Below are positions 11,322 through 21,616 of a DNA stretch of 63,233 nucleotides, one piece after another. The position numbers were made by a program, and so were the translations under genes. Under the pieces are notes generated by a model. The model was not told the DNA's origin. It saw only the letters and a program-made list of their open reading frames with translations, and ran no database searches. The DNA is from Caldisericia bacterium. GTDB lineage: Bacteria; Caldisericota; Caldisericia; JAAYUI01. The DNA lies in assembly GCA_017992555.1 (NCBI GenBank), contig JAGOOK010000004.1, forward strand, positions 1 to 63,233, read 5' to 3'. The stretch's first letter is position 1. Every line of letters starts with the position of its first letter.

Positions 11322-12063
11322 CAGGAATACCTGCACCGCCAAACCTAAGCAGTACGAGATATTCCCTGTTTCCATCAGCACCTCTTATGGGAGATTCGCA
11401 ACAATCAATCACTGAAGCACCGATTACTTGAATTCTGCCCAGCGCTTCAGTGATTGCCATCTCAAGGACATCGTCTTTCCTTATCACCCCACCCTTGCCT
11501 ACCTTGCCCGGTCCAGCTTCAAACTGGGGTTTTAAGAGCCACACGACAAGACCCGGCTCTTCAAGCAGATCTTTAAGCGGTGCAATAACTTTATCTCCGC
11601 TAATAAATGAACAATCAACACATGCAAACTGAGGTTTCTCTGGAAACATCTCAGGCAAAAGATTTCTGGCATTTGTCTCATCCATGACAATAACTCTTGG
11701 GTCACATGCCACTCTTTGCGCAAGCTGTGATCTGCCAACGTCAACTGCATAAACCTTTTTTGCTCCCCTCTGCAAAAGACAATCGGTAAAACCACCAGTT
11801 GAAGCGCCAACATCAATTGCAATCAACCCCTCAACGCTCAACCCAAATTTTTCCAGGGCATGCTCAAGTTTGTGGCCACCCCTACCTACAAATTTTGGTG
11901 GAACAGCAACTTCCAGGCATGAATCCTCAGGAACAAGCTCACCCGGTTTCATGACGGTCCTGCCTTTGACGCTCACCTTGCCCTCCATTATCAAAAGCCT
12001 GGCCTGTGAACGAGTAATCATGCCATCCTTGGATAAAAGCTCATCTGCTCTTATTTTTTTCAT
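11263..12063 (-). CDS. tlyA: TlyA family rRNA 2'-O-methyltransferase (S4 + FtsJ domains)
   Basis: RADELL S4 start, GRGGHKL, IDVGASTGGFTDCLLQRGA, DCSFIS, LKPQFEAG, GADGNREYL. Confidence 0.95.
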   Translation of the reverse strand: MKKIRADELLSKDGMITRSQARLLIMEGKVSVKGRTVMKPGELVPEDSCLEVAVPPKFVGRGGHKLEHALEKFGLSVEGLIAIDVGASTGGFTDCLLQRGAKKVYAVDVGRSQLAQRVACDPRVIVMDETNARNLLPEMFPEKPQFACVDCSFISGDKVIAPLKDLLEEPGLVVWLLKPQFEAGPGKVGKGGVIRKDDVLEMAITEALGRIQVIGASVIDCCESPIRGADGNREYLVLLRFGGAGIPATDCLARMLKRDQNGEPQS

Positions 12064-12126
12064 GCCAACTCCGTATAAAATATTGACTTGTCTTATACTG
12101 CGCTATAATATCATATTTCTGGTTGA

Positions 12127-15100
12127 ATGAGAGAGTACATACCACTCCTGTCTTCGAAGAAGTTTCAAATTGCTACCCAGGCCCTCAAAGAGGGCAAGGT
12201 GAAATCTATTTTAACGGAGGGGCTTTCTGGGTCAGACCTTTCCATAAATCTCGCCAACATATCATCCATAGAGGACAAGTATGCCATAGTCTGTCCCGAT
12301 GAACAGACTGCATTGAGGCTTTTCCAGGAGCTTGATTCGGTCCTTGAGGATATGCCCATAAACAGACTGCTTTTCCCTGCAAGCGATGCACCACCGCTCG
12401 ACAAGACATCACCATCAACATCAAGCATAAGCTGGCAGATTTCAACACTGTACCAGATACTTGTAAATCCTGGTGCAACAGTTCTTGTTACAAGTCTACA
12501 GGCCCTTTATGATTGCATCATCCCGCCAGACATACTGCAAAATCAGGCAATGATCATCTCAAGGGGCGATCTGCTGTCTGTTCCAAAGCTAAAACAAAAA
12601 CTTGTGGAGCTCGGGTACAAGATAGAGGCACAGGTCGAAAAAGTGGGGGATGCAGCACTCAGAGGTGGAATAATAGATTTTTTCAGCCCCTCTTCCGATC
12701 TTCCCTACAGGATCGAGTTCGATGTCGATGTAATAGACACAATCAGACAAGTGGACCCGGAAACGCAACTGTCTGTCAAGCAGGTCGAATCATGCCTGCT
12801 CCTGCCTGTGTCTCACATATTTCTGGACGAACAGGTATCACAGGAGGCAGTCTCGAGGATTGACATGTTCATGTTAACTGTCAGTCTTCAAAGTAGCGAG
12901 ATGCGCGAAACCCTTAAAAAAGACAAGGATCATATAAACAACCTCGTGCGCTTTACAGGCATGGAGCACTATACGCCATTTTTCTATGGAAAGGCAACAA
13001 GGCTCCTTGATTACATAAAAGACTACATGGTTGTCTGGGTTGATCCAGACAGGATATCGGACGCATACGAACGGTTCAAGCGCGACACGATGGATATCTA
13101 TGTAAATGGCATCAAGAAAGGTGAACTTCTCCCGCAAAAAGAGCTTGATGACATTGAAAGGCTTGAATTCCCGCACATTACCAGACACAATCCATCAATG
13201 CTGATTTATAGCATGAAGGCTCCTGATTCGCCTTCAAAAAACAAAGTGGTCACAATCCAGCATTCGCAACCAGACCCAATGGTCGGGAAGCTCCAGGATG
13301 TTGCATCATTCATTTCCGGAAAAGTGCAGGGTGGTTACAAGATTATCATCGCAACAAAACAGCCCGGCAGGGTAAAGGAACTCATAGAGCTTCAGGACGG
13401 GCTTGTTCCCTCCAAACCTGAAAAGCTGGACGAAGAATCAGCGCCTTTCTTTGACATAGTCAATATGTCACTGGAAAGGGGGTTTGAGGACAGAAGAAGG
13501 AAAGTCCTGCTCCTAACTGATAATGAGCTCTTTGGGTGGAGAAGAAGGATCGGCGCCACAAAAAGATACAGGGGCGGCTCACCCATAAAATCTGTTGACG
13601 AACTCCATCCAGGTGATCTCTTAGTTCACCTGACCTTTGGGATTGGTATTTACAGGGGACTTAAAACCGTAACTGCGGCAGGAATCACAAAAGAATACCT
13701 CCAGGTGGAATATGCAAAGGGAGACAAGCTCTACATACCACCTGAAAGACTTCCATTGATTCATAAGTATCTTGGAAACCCAGAAACAGTAACAATCAAC
13801 AAGCTTGGCGGAAGGGAATGGCCAGAAGCCCTCGCAAGGGTCGCAAGAGGCACCAAGGACATCGCCGCAGAACTGATAAGGCTCTATGCCAGAAGGGAAA
13901 TGTCCAAAGGTTATTCATTCGAGGAAGACACCATCTGGCAACAGGAAATGGAATCGGCCTTTCCGTATGAAGAAACAACTGACCAGCTCAAAACCATCAT
14001 GGAAGTCAAACGAGACCTTGAACGATCAAAACCAATGGACAGGCTTGTTTGTGGTGATGTCGGCTACGGCAAGACCGAGGTCGCAATAAGGGCCGCATTC
14101 AAAGTAATCGTGGCTGGGAAACAGGTAGCAATACTTGTTCCTACAACAATACTCGCACTTCAGCATTACAATACCTTCAAGGAACGTTTTGCCCCGTTCC
14201 CGATAAAGGTGGAACAGCTTTCACGGTTCAAGGGAAAAACCAGCCAGAAAAAGGTTGTGGAAGGTATCACCGACGGATCAATTGAAATGGTCATTGGCAC
14301 CCATCGCCTCCTGCAAAGTGACATCAAATTCAAGGATCTGGGGTTGCTGATAATTGACGAAGAGCAGAGGTTTGGCGTCGAGGACAAAGAGAAGATTAAA
14401 AAGCTCAGAGAAAATATTGATGTCCTGACTCTCACCGCAACCCCAATCCCAAGAACGCTCGAAATGGCGCTGACTGGGGTAAGGGAGATTTCGCAGATCA
14501 ATTCTTCGCCAGAGGGAAGAAAACCAGTCAAAACATATATTCAGGCATATTCGGAAACTGCCGCAAAAGAAGCAATAGAAATCGAGCTTTCAAGGGGTGG
14601 CCAAGTTTACTACGTCAACAATAGGATACAGGGCCTCGGTTCTATCATGTGGAAGCTCAAGAAGATTGTTCCAAATGCAAGGATTGCCATAGCACACGGG
14701 CAAATGGACAGCGACGAGCTCGAGGACATAATGCTCAGCTTCTACAAGGGTGAAATCGATGTGCTCCTGTGCACGACAATCATCGAATCGGGCCTGGACA
14801 TTCCGACCGCCAACACAATAATCGTGGAAAACGCGCAAAACCTTGGCTTGGCGCAGATGTACCAGCTCAGGGGAAGGGTTGGAAGGTCGGAAAAAAGAGC
14901 CTACGCATACTTCTTCTACAACTCTGAAGAGACTCTAACAGAAACGGCCAGAATGAGGCTTGAAGCAATAAGAGACTTCGTTGACCTGGGGGCGGGCCTC
15001 AAGATAGCAATGAGGGACCTTGAGATAAGGGGTGCCGGCAACATGCTTGGTGCAGAGCAGTCCGGGCACATCGCCGCAGTTGGCTACGACCTGTACCTTA

Positions 15101-15603
15101 GATTGCTTGAGGACGCAAAAAAGCAGCTCCAGAAATCACATGATGGAAAACCTATAAGACCGGAGGCGCCACAGCAGGAATGCAATGTTGACCTCAGGGT
15201 TTCAGGTTTCATACCAGAACATTATGTTCCGGACGAAGCGCTGAGGATTGATTGCTACCAGAGACTGGTGAGTGCTGAAACAACCGATCAGGTGAAATCA
15301 ATCGAGCATGAGCTTCAGGACAGATTTGGAAGACCACCACCAGAAGTAGAGTCGCTTTATGAGCTTGTAAAAATAAGGGTTCTTGCGCAATCAATGGGAA
15401 TAAACTCCATCGTCGAGGACAACCTTACACTAAACTTCCACTTTGGGCCAAACGTAAAACTCAGGGAAGACTTCCTGGACAGACTGGTGGCAAGATTTGG
15501 CGAGAGGACCACTGTCAGGCCAAATATGATCAGGATCAGGAAGCAGAGAGACAACCCAGTAAAGCTGGCAAGGGAATTCATCGAGCTTGCCTGCGAGGAC
15601 TAA
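12127..15603 (+). CDS. mfd: Transcription-repair coupling factor Mfd
   Basis: UvrB-like N-terminus (RGGIIDFF), CarD-like RID, GDVGYGKTEV, DEEQRFG, QLRGRVGRS, DLEIRGAGN, TRCF C-terminus. Confidence 0.98.
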   Translation: MREYIPLLSSKKFQIATQALKEGKVKSILTEGLSGSDLSINLANISSIEDKYAIVCPDEQTALRLFQELDSVLEDMPINRLLFPASDAPPLDKTSPSTSSISWQISTLYQILVNPGATVLVTSLQALYDCIIPPDILQNQAMIISRGDLLSVPKLKQKLVELGYKIEAQVEKVGDAALRGGIIDFFSPSSDLPYRIEFDVDVIDTIRQVDPETQLSVKQVESCLLLPVSHIFLDEQVSQEAVSRIDMFMLTVSLQSSEMRETLKKDKDHINNLVRFTGMEHYTPFFYGKATRLLDYIKDYMVVWVDPDRISDAYERFKRDTMDIYVNGIKKGELLPQKELDDIERLEFPHITRHNPSMLIYSMKAPDSPSKNKVVTIQHSQPDPMVGKLQDVASFISGKVQGGYKIIIATKQPGRVKELIELQDGLVPSKPEKLDEESAPFFDIVNMSLERGFEDRRRKVLLLTDNELFGWRRRIGATKRYRGGSPIKSVDELHPGDLLVHLTFGIGIYRGLKTVTAAGITKEYLQVEYAKGDKLYIPPERLPLIHKYLGNPETVTINKLGGREWPEALARVARGTKDIAAELIRLYARREMSKGYSFEEDTIWQQEMESAFPYEETTDQLKTIMEVKRDLERSKPMDRLVCGDVGYGKTEVAIRAAFKVIVAGKQVAILVPTTILALQHYNTFKERFAPFPIKVEQLSRFKGKTSQKKVVEGITDGSIEMVIGTHRLLQSDIKFKDLGLLIIDEEQRFGVEDKEKIKKLRENIDVLTLTATPIPRTLEMALTGVREISQINSSPEGRKPVKTYIQAYSETAAKEAIEIELSRGGQVYYVNNRIQGLGSIMWKLKKIVPNARIAIAHGQMDSDELEDIMLSFYKGEIDVLLCTTIIESGLDIPTANTIIVENAQNLGLAQMYQLRGRVGRSEKRAYAYFFYNSEETLTETARMRLEAIRDFVDLGAGLKIAMRDLEIRGAGNMLGAEQSGHIAAVGYDLYLRLLEDAKKQLQKSHDGKPIRPEAPQQECNVDLRVSGFIPEHYVPDEALRIDCYQRLVSAETTDQVKSIEHELQDRFGRPPPEVESLYELVKIRVLAQSMGINSIVEDNLTLNFHFGPNVKLREDFLDRLVARFGERTTVRPNMIRIRKQRDNPVKLAREFIELACED

Positions 15604-15605
15604 AA

Positions 15606-16823
15606 ATGAACTTTTCCTGGATAATAGAAAAAGAATTGATGATCTCGTCTGCTCCAGAGAATATACAAATGCTTTCAAGGCTCAGAGACACCGGCATAAA
15701 AGCTGTGGTTTCACTTTCCCAGTTACCATTCACTGACAAAGATTTTGAAGATCTGGGGCTTTTCAATCTCAAGCTCCAGATTCCGGAAGATAAACCGCCA
15801 ACACTTGAGCAATTGAGGGAATTCATTTTCTGGTCCGGATTTATGAACAAACACGGATTACCCTTGCTGATTCACTGCCAGGAAGGTTATGAACGTTCTG
15901 CAACACTGGCTGCGTGCTATCTTGCAGTGTTTGCGAACATGACGGCAAACCAGGCAATCGAGGAAGTGCGTGCCATAAGGGGTGACAACTCAATTACATT
16001 TCCCCACAATCAGGAATTTGTCAACGAGTGCGAGTATGTGAAACCACTTTTAACAAACACTTCCGATAACTCTTTCTATGAAGCAAAGCTCCTCATTGAT
16101 CTGCTCAGAAGGCGCTGCCCCTGGGACAGGGAGCAGACCCCTGATAGCATGATGCAAAACCTTCTTGAAGAAACTTATGAGGTCTGGGAAGCAATCAAAC
16201 AGAAAGACATGGCTCACATAGAGGAAGAGCTGGGAGATATTCTGCTCCAGGTGCTGATGGTCTCAAGGATGCTCTCGGAAGAGCAATTATTTAGCGTTGA
16301 AGATGTGATTGTCACAATGCAGGAAAAACTTGTTTACAGACACCCGCATGTTTTTGGGGAGATCAAGACAAAAACGGCCGATTCTGTTCTTGACCAGTGG
16401 AACAGCCTCAAGAAACAGAAAAAAGACAATGGATCGATCAAAGACATCCCGTCTGGTCTCCCGCCACTCGGCAGGGCCGAAAGAATAATGGCCCATGCAA
16501 AGGACCTTGGATTTGACTGGGACAAAACCGAAGGGGTTCTGGAAAAACTAGACGAGGAAGTCAGTGAGCTCAAGGAAGCCATCCAGATCAAAAACAAGGG
16601 CGAGATTGAGAATGAACTTGGAGACGTTTTCTTTGTTTTATTAAATCTGGCCAGATTTCTTGATGTCGGCCCCGAAGTGGCACTTTCAAGAACGCTGGAC
16701 AAATTCATAAAAAGATTTGAAAAGATAGAGAACCATTCAAAAGAAACCGGAAAACCGATTGGCCATATGACTTTGGGGGAAATGGATGAAATCTGGAATA
16801 AGGCCAAAAAAGACCATCAATAG
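15606..16823 (+). CDS. mazG: Fusion: N-terminal dual-specificity (CX5R) phosphatase domain + MazG nucleoside triphosphate pyrophosphohydrolase
   Basis: HCQEGYERS at aa 90-98; then CPWDREQT, EETYEV, EELGDILLQ, RHPHVFG and second EEVSEL/ELGDVFF MazG motifs. Confidence 0.9.
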   Translation: MNFSWIIEKELMISSAPENIQMLSRLRDTGIKAVVSLSQLPFTDKDFEDLGLFNLKLQIPEDKPPTLEQLREFIFWSGFMNKHGLPLLIHCQEGYERSATLAACYLAVFANMTANQAIEEVRAIRGDNSITFPHNQEFVNECEYVKPLLTNTSDNSFYEAKLLIDLLRRRCPWDREQTPDSMMQNLLEETYEVWEAIKQKDMAHIEEELGDILLQVLMVSRMLSEEQLFSVEDVIVTMQEKLVYRHPHVFGEIKTKTADSVLDQWNSLKKQKKDNGSIKDIPSGLPPLGRAERIMAHAKDLGFDWDKTEGVLEKLDEEVSELKEAIQIKNKGEIENELGDVFFVLLNLARFLDVGPEVALSRTLDKFIKRFEKIENHSKETGKPIGHMTLGEMDEIWNKAKKDHQ

Positions 16824-16882
16824 GAATTTCTCTCTGAATTTCCTGCCTTGAAAAACCGCCTTAAAAAGTTTAGAATGCCGGT

Positions 16883-17077
16883 GTGAGTTGCAAAAAAACA
16901 AATAGCAACAGGTGTAATTGCACCTATGAACCATGCGAGCGCAAATACAAATGCTGCGAGTGTCTGTCATTCCACAAATCACAAAACGAGCTCCCGGCAT
17001 GTTATTTCACTGCAGAGGAAGAAAAAACCTACGACCGTTCCATAGGTTTTTTCTGTAAAAACCATGTCAAAATTTAA
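16883..17077 (+). CDS. Small Cys-rich protein, DUF6485-like
   Basis: [15 protein letters not shown]....ELPACYF....EKTYDRSI pattern; GTG start. Confidence 0.75.
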   Translation: MSCKKTNSNRCNCTYEPCERKYKCCECLSFHKSQNELPACYFTAEEEKTYDRSIGFFCKNHVKI

Positions 17078-17780
17078 TCCTTCTCCCTCAATGAATGAAG
17101 GCACATTCGCATCAGAGGTCATCAACAGGTCTCTTCTTTATGGAATTCTAGGCTATCTTCCAGAAGAAATCTGCAATGTTGTTGTTCTCGATGGACCAAA
17201 ACAGACCCAGATGTCACTCATCCTTGAAAATGCCGGCTACAAGGTGGCCAGGATATGCCCGAAAAAGGATGATGATCCAACATGCATAGCTTCAACAACC
17301 GAGGAAATAGACGGAGAAAGTTTCGGAGTTGTGATCTGTCCTGGCTGGCTCTCTGACAATGATGATCCTGAGGAAATATCGAGAGAAGCAATGAGACTTC
17401 TGGTTCAGGGTGGTCTCTTCTTTGGTAGTGTGCCTGGAAGGTTTGCGGCCGCAGTCGACTGCGTCCCTCAATCAATAAGCAACGCGTCAAGCATTGCAAA
17501 CGGAATAGACGAAATCTAGTGGTGGGGTACCAAAGAACTTTTTACCCCAAATGATATTGCTTGTGAGCTCGAGGCCATCGGTTTTGAGGTTGTCGACTTT
17601 TATGGATGGGAGCACGCTCTGACAAAACTACCTGGCGAAAAGCTTTCTGCAACAGACTGGGATGAGGGCTTTTTTGAAGACTTTTTAGAGCTGGAATTCA
17701 GGCTTGCCCAGGAAAGATCAATCCTTGGCATGGCCCCAACAATCCAGTTTGTGGCAAAAAAACCAAACCCAGAACCATAA
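17064..17780 (+). pseudogene. Class I SAM-methyltransferase-fold ORF (238 codons) interrupted by in-frame TAG at 17517-17519; pseudogene or read-through gene
   Basis: Frame stays open 86 codons after the TAG (WWGTKELFTPNDIACELEAIGFEVVDFYG...ELEFRLAQERSILGMAPTIQFVAKKP) to TAA at 17778-17780, just before a terminator; no separate start for the 3' half. Confidence 0.7.
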
Positions 17781-17799
17781 TTATTCAAGCTAAAACAAA

Positions 17800-17824
17800 A
17801 AAGGCCCTCCATTGGAGGGCCTTT
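17800..17824. terminator. Intrinsic terminator between convergent operons
   Basis: AAAGGCCCTCC-ATT-GGAGGGCCTTT with A-run upstream. Confidence 0.85.
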
Positions 17825-17844
17825 GCTATTTATTCAAAGAATAT

Positions 17845-18624
17845 TCACGGAACATTTATCATCATTCTTTCAATCTTTTTGCATTGCCCTGTTTCTCTGT
17901 CAATGTCGAGCAAAACGGCACAAAATCTTACATCACCTTCTGCAACCTCAAACCTTGCCCGTCTTGCACTAATCATTTTGGAGATCGGCGCGCTGGGTTC
18001 CATGCCAATAACTGATTCATGGGGGCCAGTCATCCCTACATCGGTAATAAAACCAGTTCCACCCTTGAGTATTCTCTCATCAGCCGTTTGAACGTGTGTA
18101 TGGGTACCTAAAACCGCAGAGACTCTTCCATCAAGGTAGATGCCAAGGGCTTGTTTTTCGCTCGTTGCTTCGGCATGGAAATCGATTAGGATGGCTTTTG
18201 TTGTGCTCCTTAGCTCCTCAACAATCCTGTCAGCGACCCTGAACGGGCAATCGATGGGCGTCATGAAGACCCTGCCCTGGAGACTCACCACTGCAAGCGT
18301 TCCAGCAAGTCCTTCCAGCACAAAATGGCCACTGCCCGGGTTCCCTGGAGGAAAATTGGCAGGCCTTGCCAGAAGGCGCTCGTTTTCAAGCAATTCATCG
18401 GCTTCCTTCTGGTCATAAAGATGATTGCCAAGCGTTATTCCGTGGATACCAGCAGCCCTGAGTTTGTCTGATATATCAGGGGTGAGGCCAAACCCACCGG
18501 CCGCATTCTCACCATTTGCCACAACAAAATCGACACCGTATTGCTTTACAAGGCCCGGGACAACGGCCTCAACGGCCTTTCTTCCAGGCTTACCAACGAT
18601 GTCTCCAATGAAGAGGACTATCAT
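17845..18624 (-). CDS. ymdB: YmdB/TIGR00282 metallophosphoesterase
   Basis: FIGDIVG, NGENAAGG, TLGNH, DFHAEATSEK, GTHTHVQTAD, TDVGMTG; downstream of rny. Confidence 0.93.
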   Translation of the reverse strand: MIVLFIGDIVGKPGRKAVEAVVPGLVKQYGVDFVVANGENAAGGFGLTPDISDKLRAAGIHGITLGNHLYDQKEADELLENERLLARPANFPPGNPGSGHFVLEGLAGTLAVVSLQGRVFMTPIDCPFRVADRIVEELRSTTKAILIDFHAEATSEKQALGIYLDGRVSAVLGTHTHVQTADERILKGGTGFITDVGMTGPHESVIGMEPSAPISKMISARRARFEVAEGDVRFCAVLLDIDRETGQCKKIERMMINVP

Positions 18625-20165
18625 TTTGCGTTCTCAGTGTATCTGACTTCCCTTATGACCGTAACCTTTATGGTTCCAGGATATGTAAGCTCATTCTCAA
18701 TTCTTGCTGCAATGTCACGGGCCATCTGGTAAGCAAGGACATCATCAATGTCTTTTGGCTTCACTATTACTCTTATTTCCCTGCCAGCCTGTATTGCATA
18801 GGTTTTTTCAACGCCCCTGAAGCTCTTTGCAATCGTCTCAAGTGATTCAAGGCGTTGAATATAGGCCTCAAAGCTCTCGCGCCTTGCACCGGGCCTTGAT
18901 GCAGAGATGGCATCAGCTGCCTGCACAAGAACGGCGTAAACGGACGTTGGGGCAATATCGCTGTGATGGAGTCTGGCCGCTTCAATCACTTCTATCGGCT
19001 CGCCATTCTTCCTCAGGATTTCGGCGCCAAGTTCATCGTGCGAACCCTCCCTTTCCCTATCAACGGCTTTGCCGATGTCGTGGAAAATACCCGCTCTTTT
19101 GGCTTTTCTGGCATCAAGACCAAGTTCGTTTGCCATGTGAGCTGACAGCATTGCAACTTCAATCGAATGAGCAAGGACATTCTGGCCATAAGATGTTCTG
19201 AAACGGAGCCTTCCAAGGAGTTTTACCAGCTCCGGTTTGGCCTGCTGGAGGCCGACCTCAAGCAATGCCTGGTCGCCTTCCAGTTTTAGTCTGTCCTCGA
19301 ATTCCCTTGTGGCCTGTTCTACAACCTCTTCAATCCTGCCAGGATGTATCCTGCCATCTGTTATCAGTTTTTCCAGTGCCAGCTTTCCAATCTCGCGCCT
19401 GACAGGATCAAAGCACGATATCGTGACAACCTCGGGAGTATCATCAACAAGAAGGTCAACGCCTGTGGCAGTTTCAAAAGTTCTGATGTTGCGTCCTTCC
19501 CTTCCGATAATTTTCCCTTTTATCTCTTCGGATGGGAGTGGAACAGCAGAGACGGTCACCTCTGCCGTATACTCGGAAGCAATCCTTTGCACCGAGCCAA
19601 GAATAACTTCTCTGGCCTTTTGTAGTGCCTTATCTTTTGCTTCTTCTTCCATATTCTTTGCCTTTTGGGCAAGCTCGTAACTCATTTTCTGCCTCAGCTC
19701 ATCCAGTATGATCTGTTTTGCAGTTTCCTGGTTTAATCCAGCAATTCTCTCGAGCTCTTTCCTCTGCTTGTCAACAATCTGGTCGGCCTGCTCGTGTTTT
19801 TCGTCAAGCTCTTTCTCTCTGGTTGTTATTGCGTTTTCACGTTTGCCCACAGTTTCAGATCTTTGTTCAATCTTTTCTTCCCTCTGGGCTATTCTTCTTT
19901 CAATGTCTACCAGCTCCTGGCGTTGCTGTCTGAACTCTTTTTCTCTCTCTGCAACAAGCTTCATAGCCTCGTCCTTGGCGTTAACAAGGATTTCTTTCTT
20001 CTGCGTTTCCGCCTCGTCCCTGGCTTGCGAAACAATCCTCTTGCACTCTTCTTCGGCCCTTCGTATTTTGCCATCTGCCGATTTGGCAGAAGCATTCATG
20101 GCATAGAAAAAAGCCACTGCGGCACCAAGTGCCAACCCTAGCAATCCAACAATAGTTTCAATCAT
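18621..20165 (-). CDS. rny: Ribonuclease Y
   Basis: N-terminal TM, coiled coil, KH (KGKIIGREGRNIR), HD (HDIGKA), ADAISASRPGAR. Confidence 0.98.
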   Translation of the reverse strand: MIETIVGLLGLALGAAVAFFYAMNASAKSADGKIRRAEEECKRIVSQARDEAETQKKEILVNAKDEAMKLVAEREKEFRQQRQELVDIERRIAQREEKIEQRSETVGKRENAITTREKELDEKHEQADQIVDKQRKELERIAGLNQETAKQIILDELRQKMSYELAQKAKNMEEEAKDKALQKAREVILGSVQRIASEYTAEVTVSAVPLPSEEIKGKIIGREGRNIRTFETATGVDLLVDDTPEVVTISCFDPVRREIGKLALEKLITDGRIHPGRIEEVVEQATREFEDRLKLEGDQALLEVGLQQAKPELVKLLGRLRFRTSYGQNVLAHSIEVAMLSAHMANELGLDARKAKRAGIFHDIGKAVDREREGSHDELGAEILRKNGEPIEVIEAARLHHSDIAPTSVYAVLVQAADAISASRPGARRESFEAYIQRLESLETIAKSFRGVEKTYAIQAGREIRVIVKPKDIDDVLAYQMARDIAARIENELTYPGTIKVTVIREVRYTENAK

Positions 20166-20643
20166 CTTGTTCCTCGCACTTCATTTCCGATTTTATTAGG
20201 TCTGACGGGAAACCAAGCCTGGAAAGTTTTGAATAAAGCTTTCTTTTTTCGAGACCCTTGTTTGACTTTACAAGCTTTTTCAAAGGCTCTCTCCAGTCTG
20301 TTTGCCTGATTTCTGCGTCGGCATCACTTTTTTGTATTCCCAAGGCCACAAGCCCGAGCTTGACCTTAAAAGGTCCCCAATGCCTAGCTCTTTTGGCCCT
20401 GACATATTCTTTAATAAATTTTTTCTCATCAAGAAGGCCGAGTTTTTTCAGCTTTACAATAGTCTCTTCGGTCTCTTCTTTTAAAAATCCTTTCTTTGCA
20501 AGCTTTTCCCTTATTTCAAGCTCTGCCCTGTCTCTTGCCGCAATCAACCTGAGTGAGTAGGTAAAAGCCTTGCTGTTATTTTTCTTCGCTATGGGGCTGT
20601 CCCTGTGGGGCCATTCCATAGGCGCTCCTGATTCTCTTTTCAA
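20158..20643 (-). CDS. recX: Regulatory protein RecX (start uncertain; ATG at 20619 is plausible)
   Basis: [45 protein letters not shown]; follows recA. Confidence 0.85.
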   Translation of the reverse strand: MKRESGAPMEWPHRDSPIAKKNNSKAFTYSLRLIAARDRAELEIREKLAKKGFLKEETEETIVKLKKLGLLDEKKFIKEYVRAKRARHWGPFKVKLGLVALGIQKSDADAEIRQTDWREPLKKLVKSNKGLEKRKLYSKLSRLGFPSDLIKSEMKCEEQDD

Positions 20644-21616
20644 TCTCAGCCATCATTTCTGGCTTCTGGGATATGGTCACCTTGGCGTTGTCGCGTCCCT
20701 GGCCAAGCCTTTCACCATCAAACGAGAACCACGTTCCAGATTTTTCAACAATGTTCAGGTTGACTCCCATATCCAGCAACTGGGATTCCCTTGATACACC
20801 CTGGCCAAAAACAATCTCGAAGTCTCCAGACAGATATGGCGGGGCAACTTTGTTTTTCACGACTTTGCATTTTACCATCGTTCCAACAATTCTATCACCG
20901 TCTTTTTGGCTCTCGCCTTTCCTTACCTCAACCCTGACGGAAGAGTAGAACTTCAATGCCCTTCCACCGGTGGTTGTTTCAGGATTTCCAAACATGACGC
21001 CAATCTTTTCCCTGAGCTGGTTGATGAATATGCCACAGGTCTTGCTCTTACCCATCACACCGGCCAGTTTCCTCATGGCCTGCGACATGAGCCTTGCCTG
21101 AAGACCCATAACAGAATCACCCATCTCGCCTTCAAGCTCCGCTCTTGGTACAAGCGCTGCGACAGAATCTACCACAAAAAGATCAATGGCACCTGATCTG
21201 GTGAGTATTTCTGCTATCTCAAGGGCCTGTTCGCCTGAATCCGGCTGGGATATGATGAGGTCCTGTAGGTTGACGCCAAGGCGCTCGGCATAAGAAGGAT
21301 CGAGCGCATGCTCTGCGTCAATGAATACTGCCTTCCCACCAGTCTTTTGCACCGAAGCAATAGTTGTGAGTGCGATGGTTGTCTTTCCAGAGCCTTCCGC
21401 GCCATATATTTCAATTATTCTACCTCTCGGGAACCCGCCGACGCCAAGGGCAATGTCCATCGATAAAATACCGGTTGAAATGGCCTCTACGGCCATTCTT
21501 CCATGGCCATCACCCAGTTTCATTACGGTGCCCTTTCCAAACTGCTTTTCTATAGAGGCTATTGCCGAGTCTAAAGCTTTGTCCCTTTCGGTTTTTTCAG
21601 GTATCTTTTCGCTCAT
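20576..21616 (-). CDS. recA: Recombinase RecA
   Basis: [49 protein letters not shown]. Confidence 0.99.
   Translation of the reverse strand: MSEKIPEKTERDKALDSAIASIEKQFGKGTVMKLGDGHGRMAVEAISTGILSMDIALGVGGFPRGRIIEIYGAEGSGKTTIALTTIASVQKTGGKAVFIDAEHALDPSYAERLGVNLQDLIISQPDSGEQALEIAEILTRSGAIDLFVVDSVAALVPRAELEGEMGDSVMGLQARLMSQAMRKLAGVMGKSKTCGIFINQLREKIGVMFGNPETTTGGRALKFYSSVRVEVRKGESQKDGDRIVGTMVKCKVVKNKVAPPYLSGDFEIVFGQGVSRESQLLDMGVNLNIVEKSGTWFSFDGERLGQGRDNAKVTISQKPEMMAEIEKRIRSAYGMAPQGQPHSEEK

Noticed and set aside
12083-12111. mfd promoter candidate TTGACT...TATAAT
   Set aside because: Spacer is 15 nt to TATAAT (17 to TAATAT); plausible but ambiguous
16821-16886. Possible read-through of the mazG TAG (20 more codons)
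   Set aside because: The MazG domain is already complete and the extension has no recognisable features
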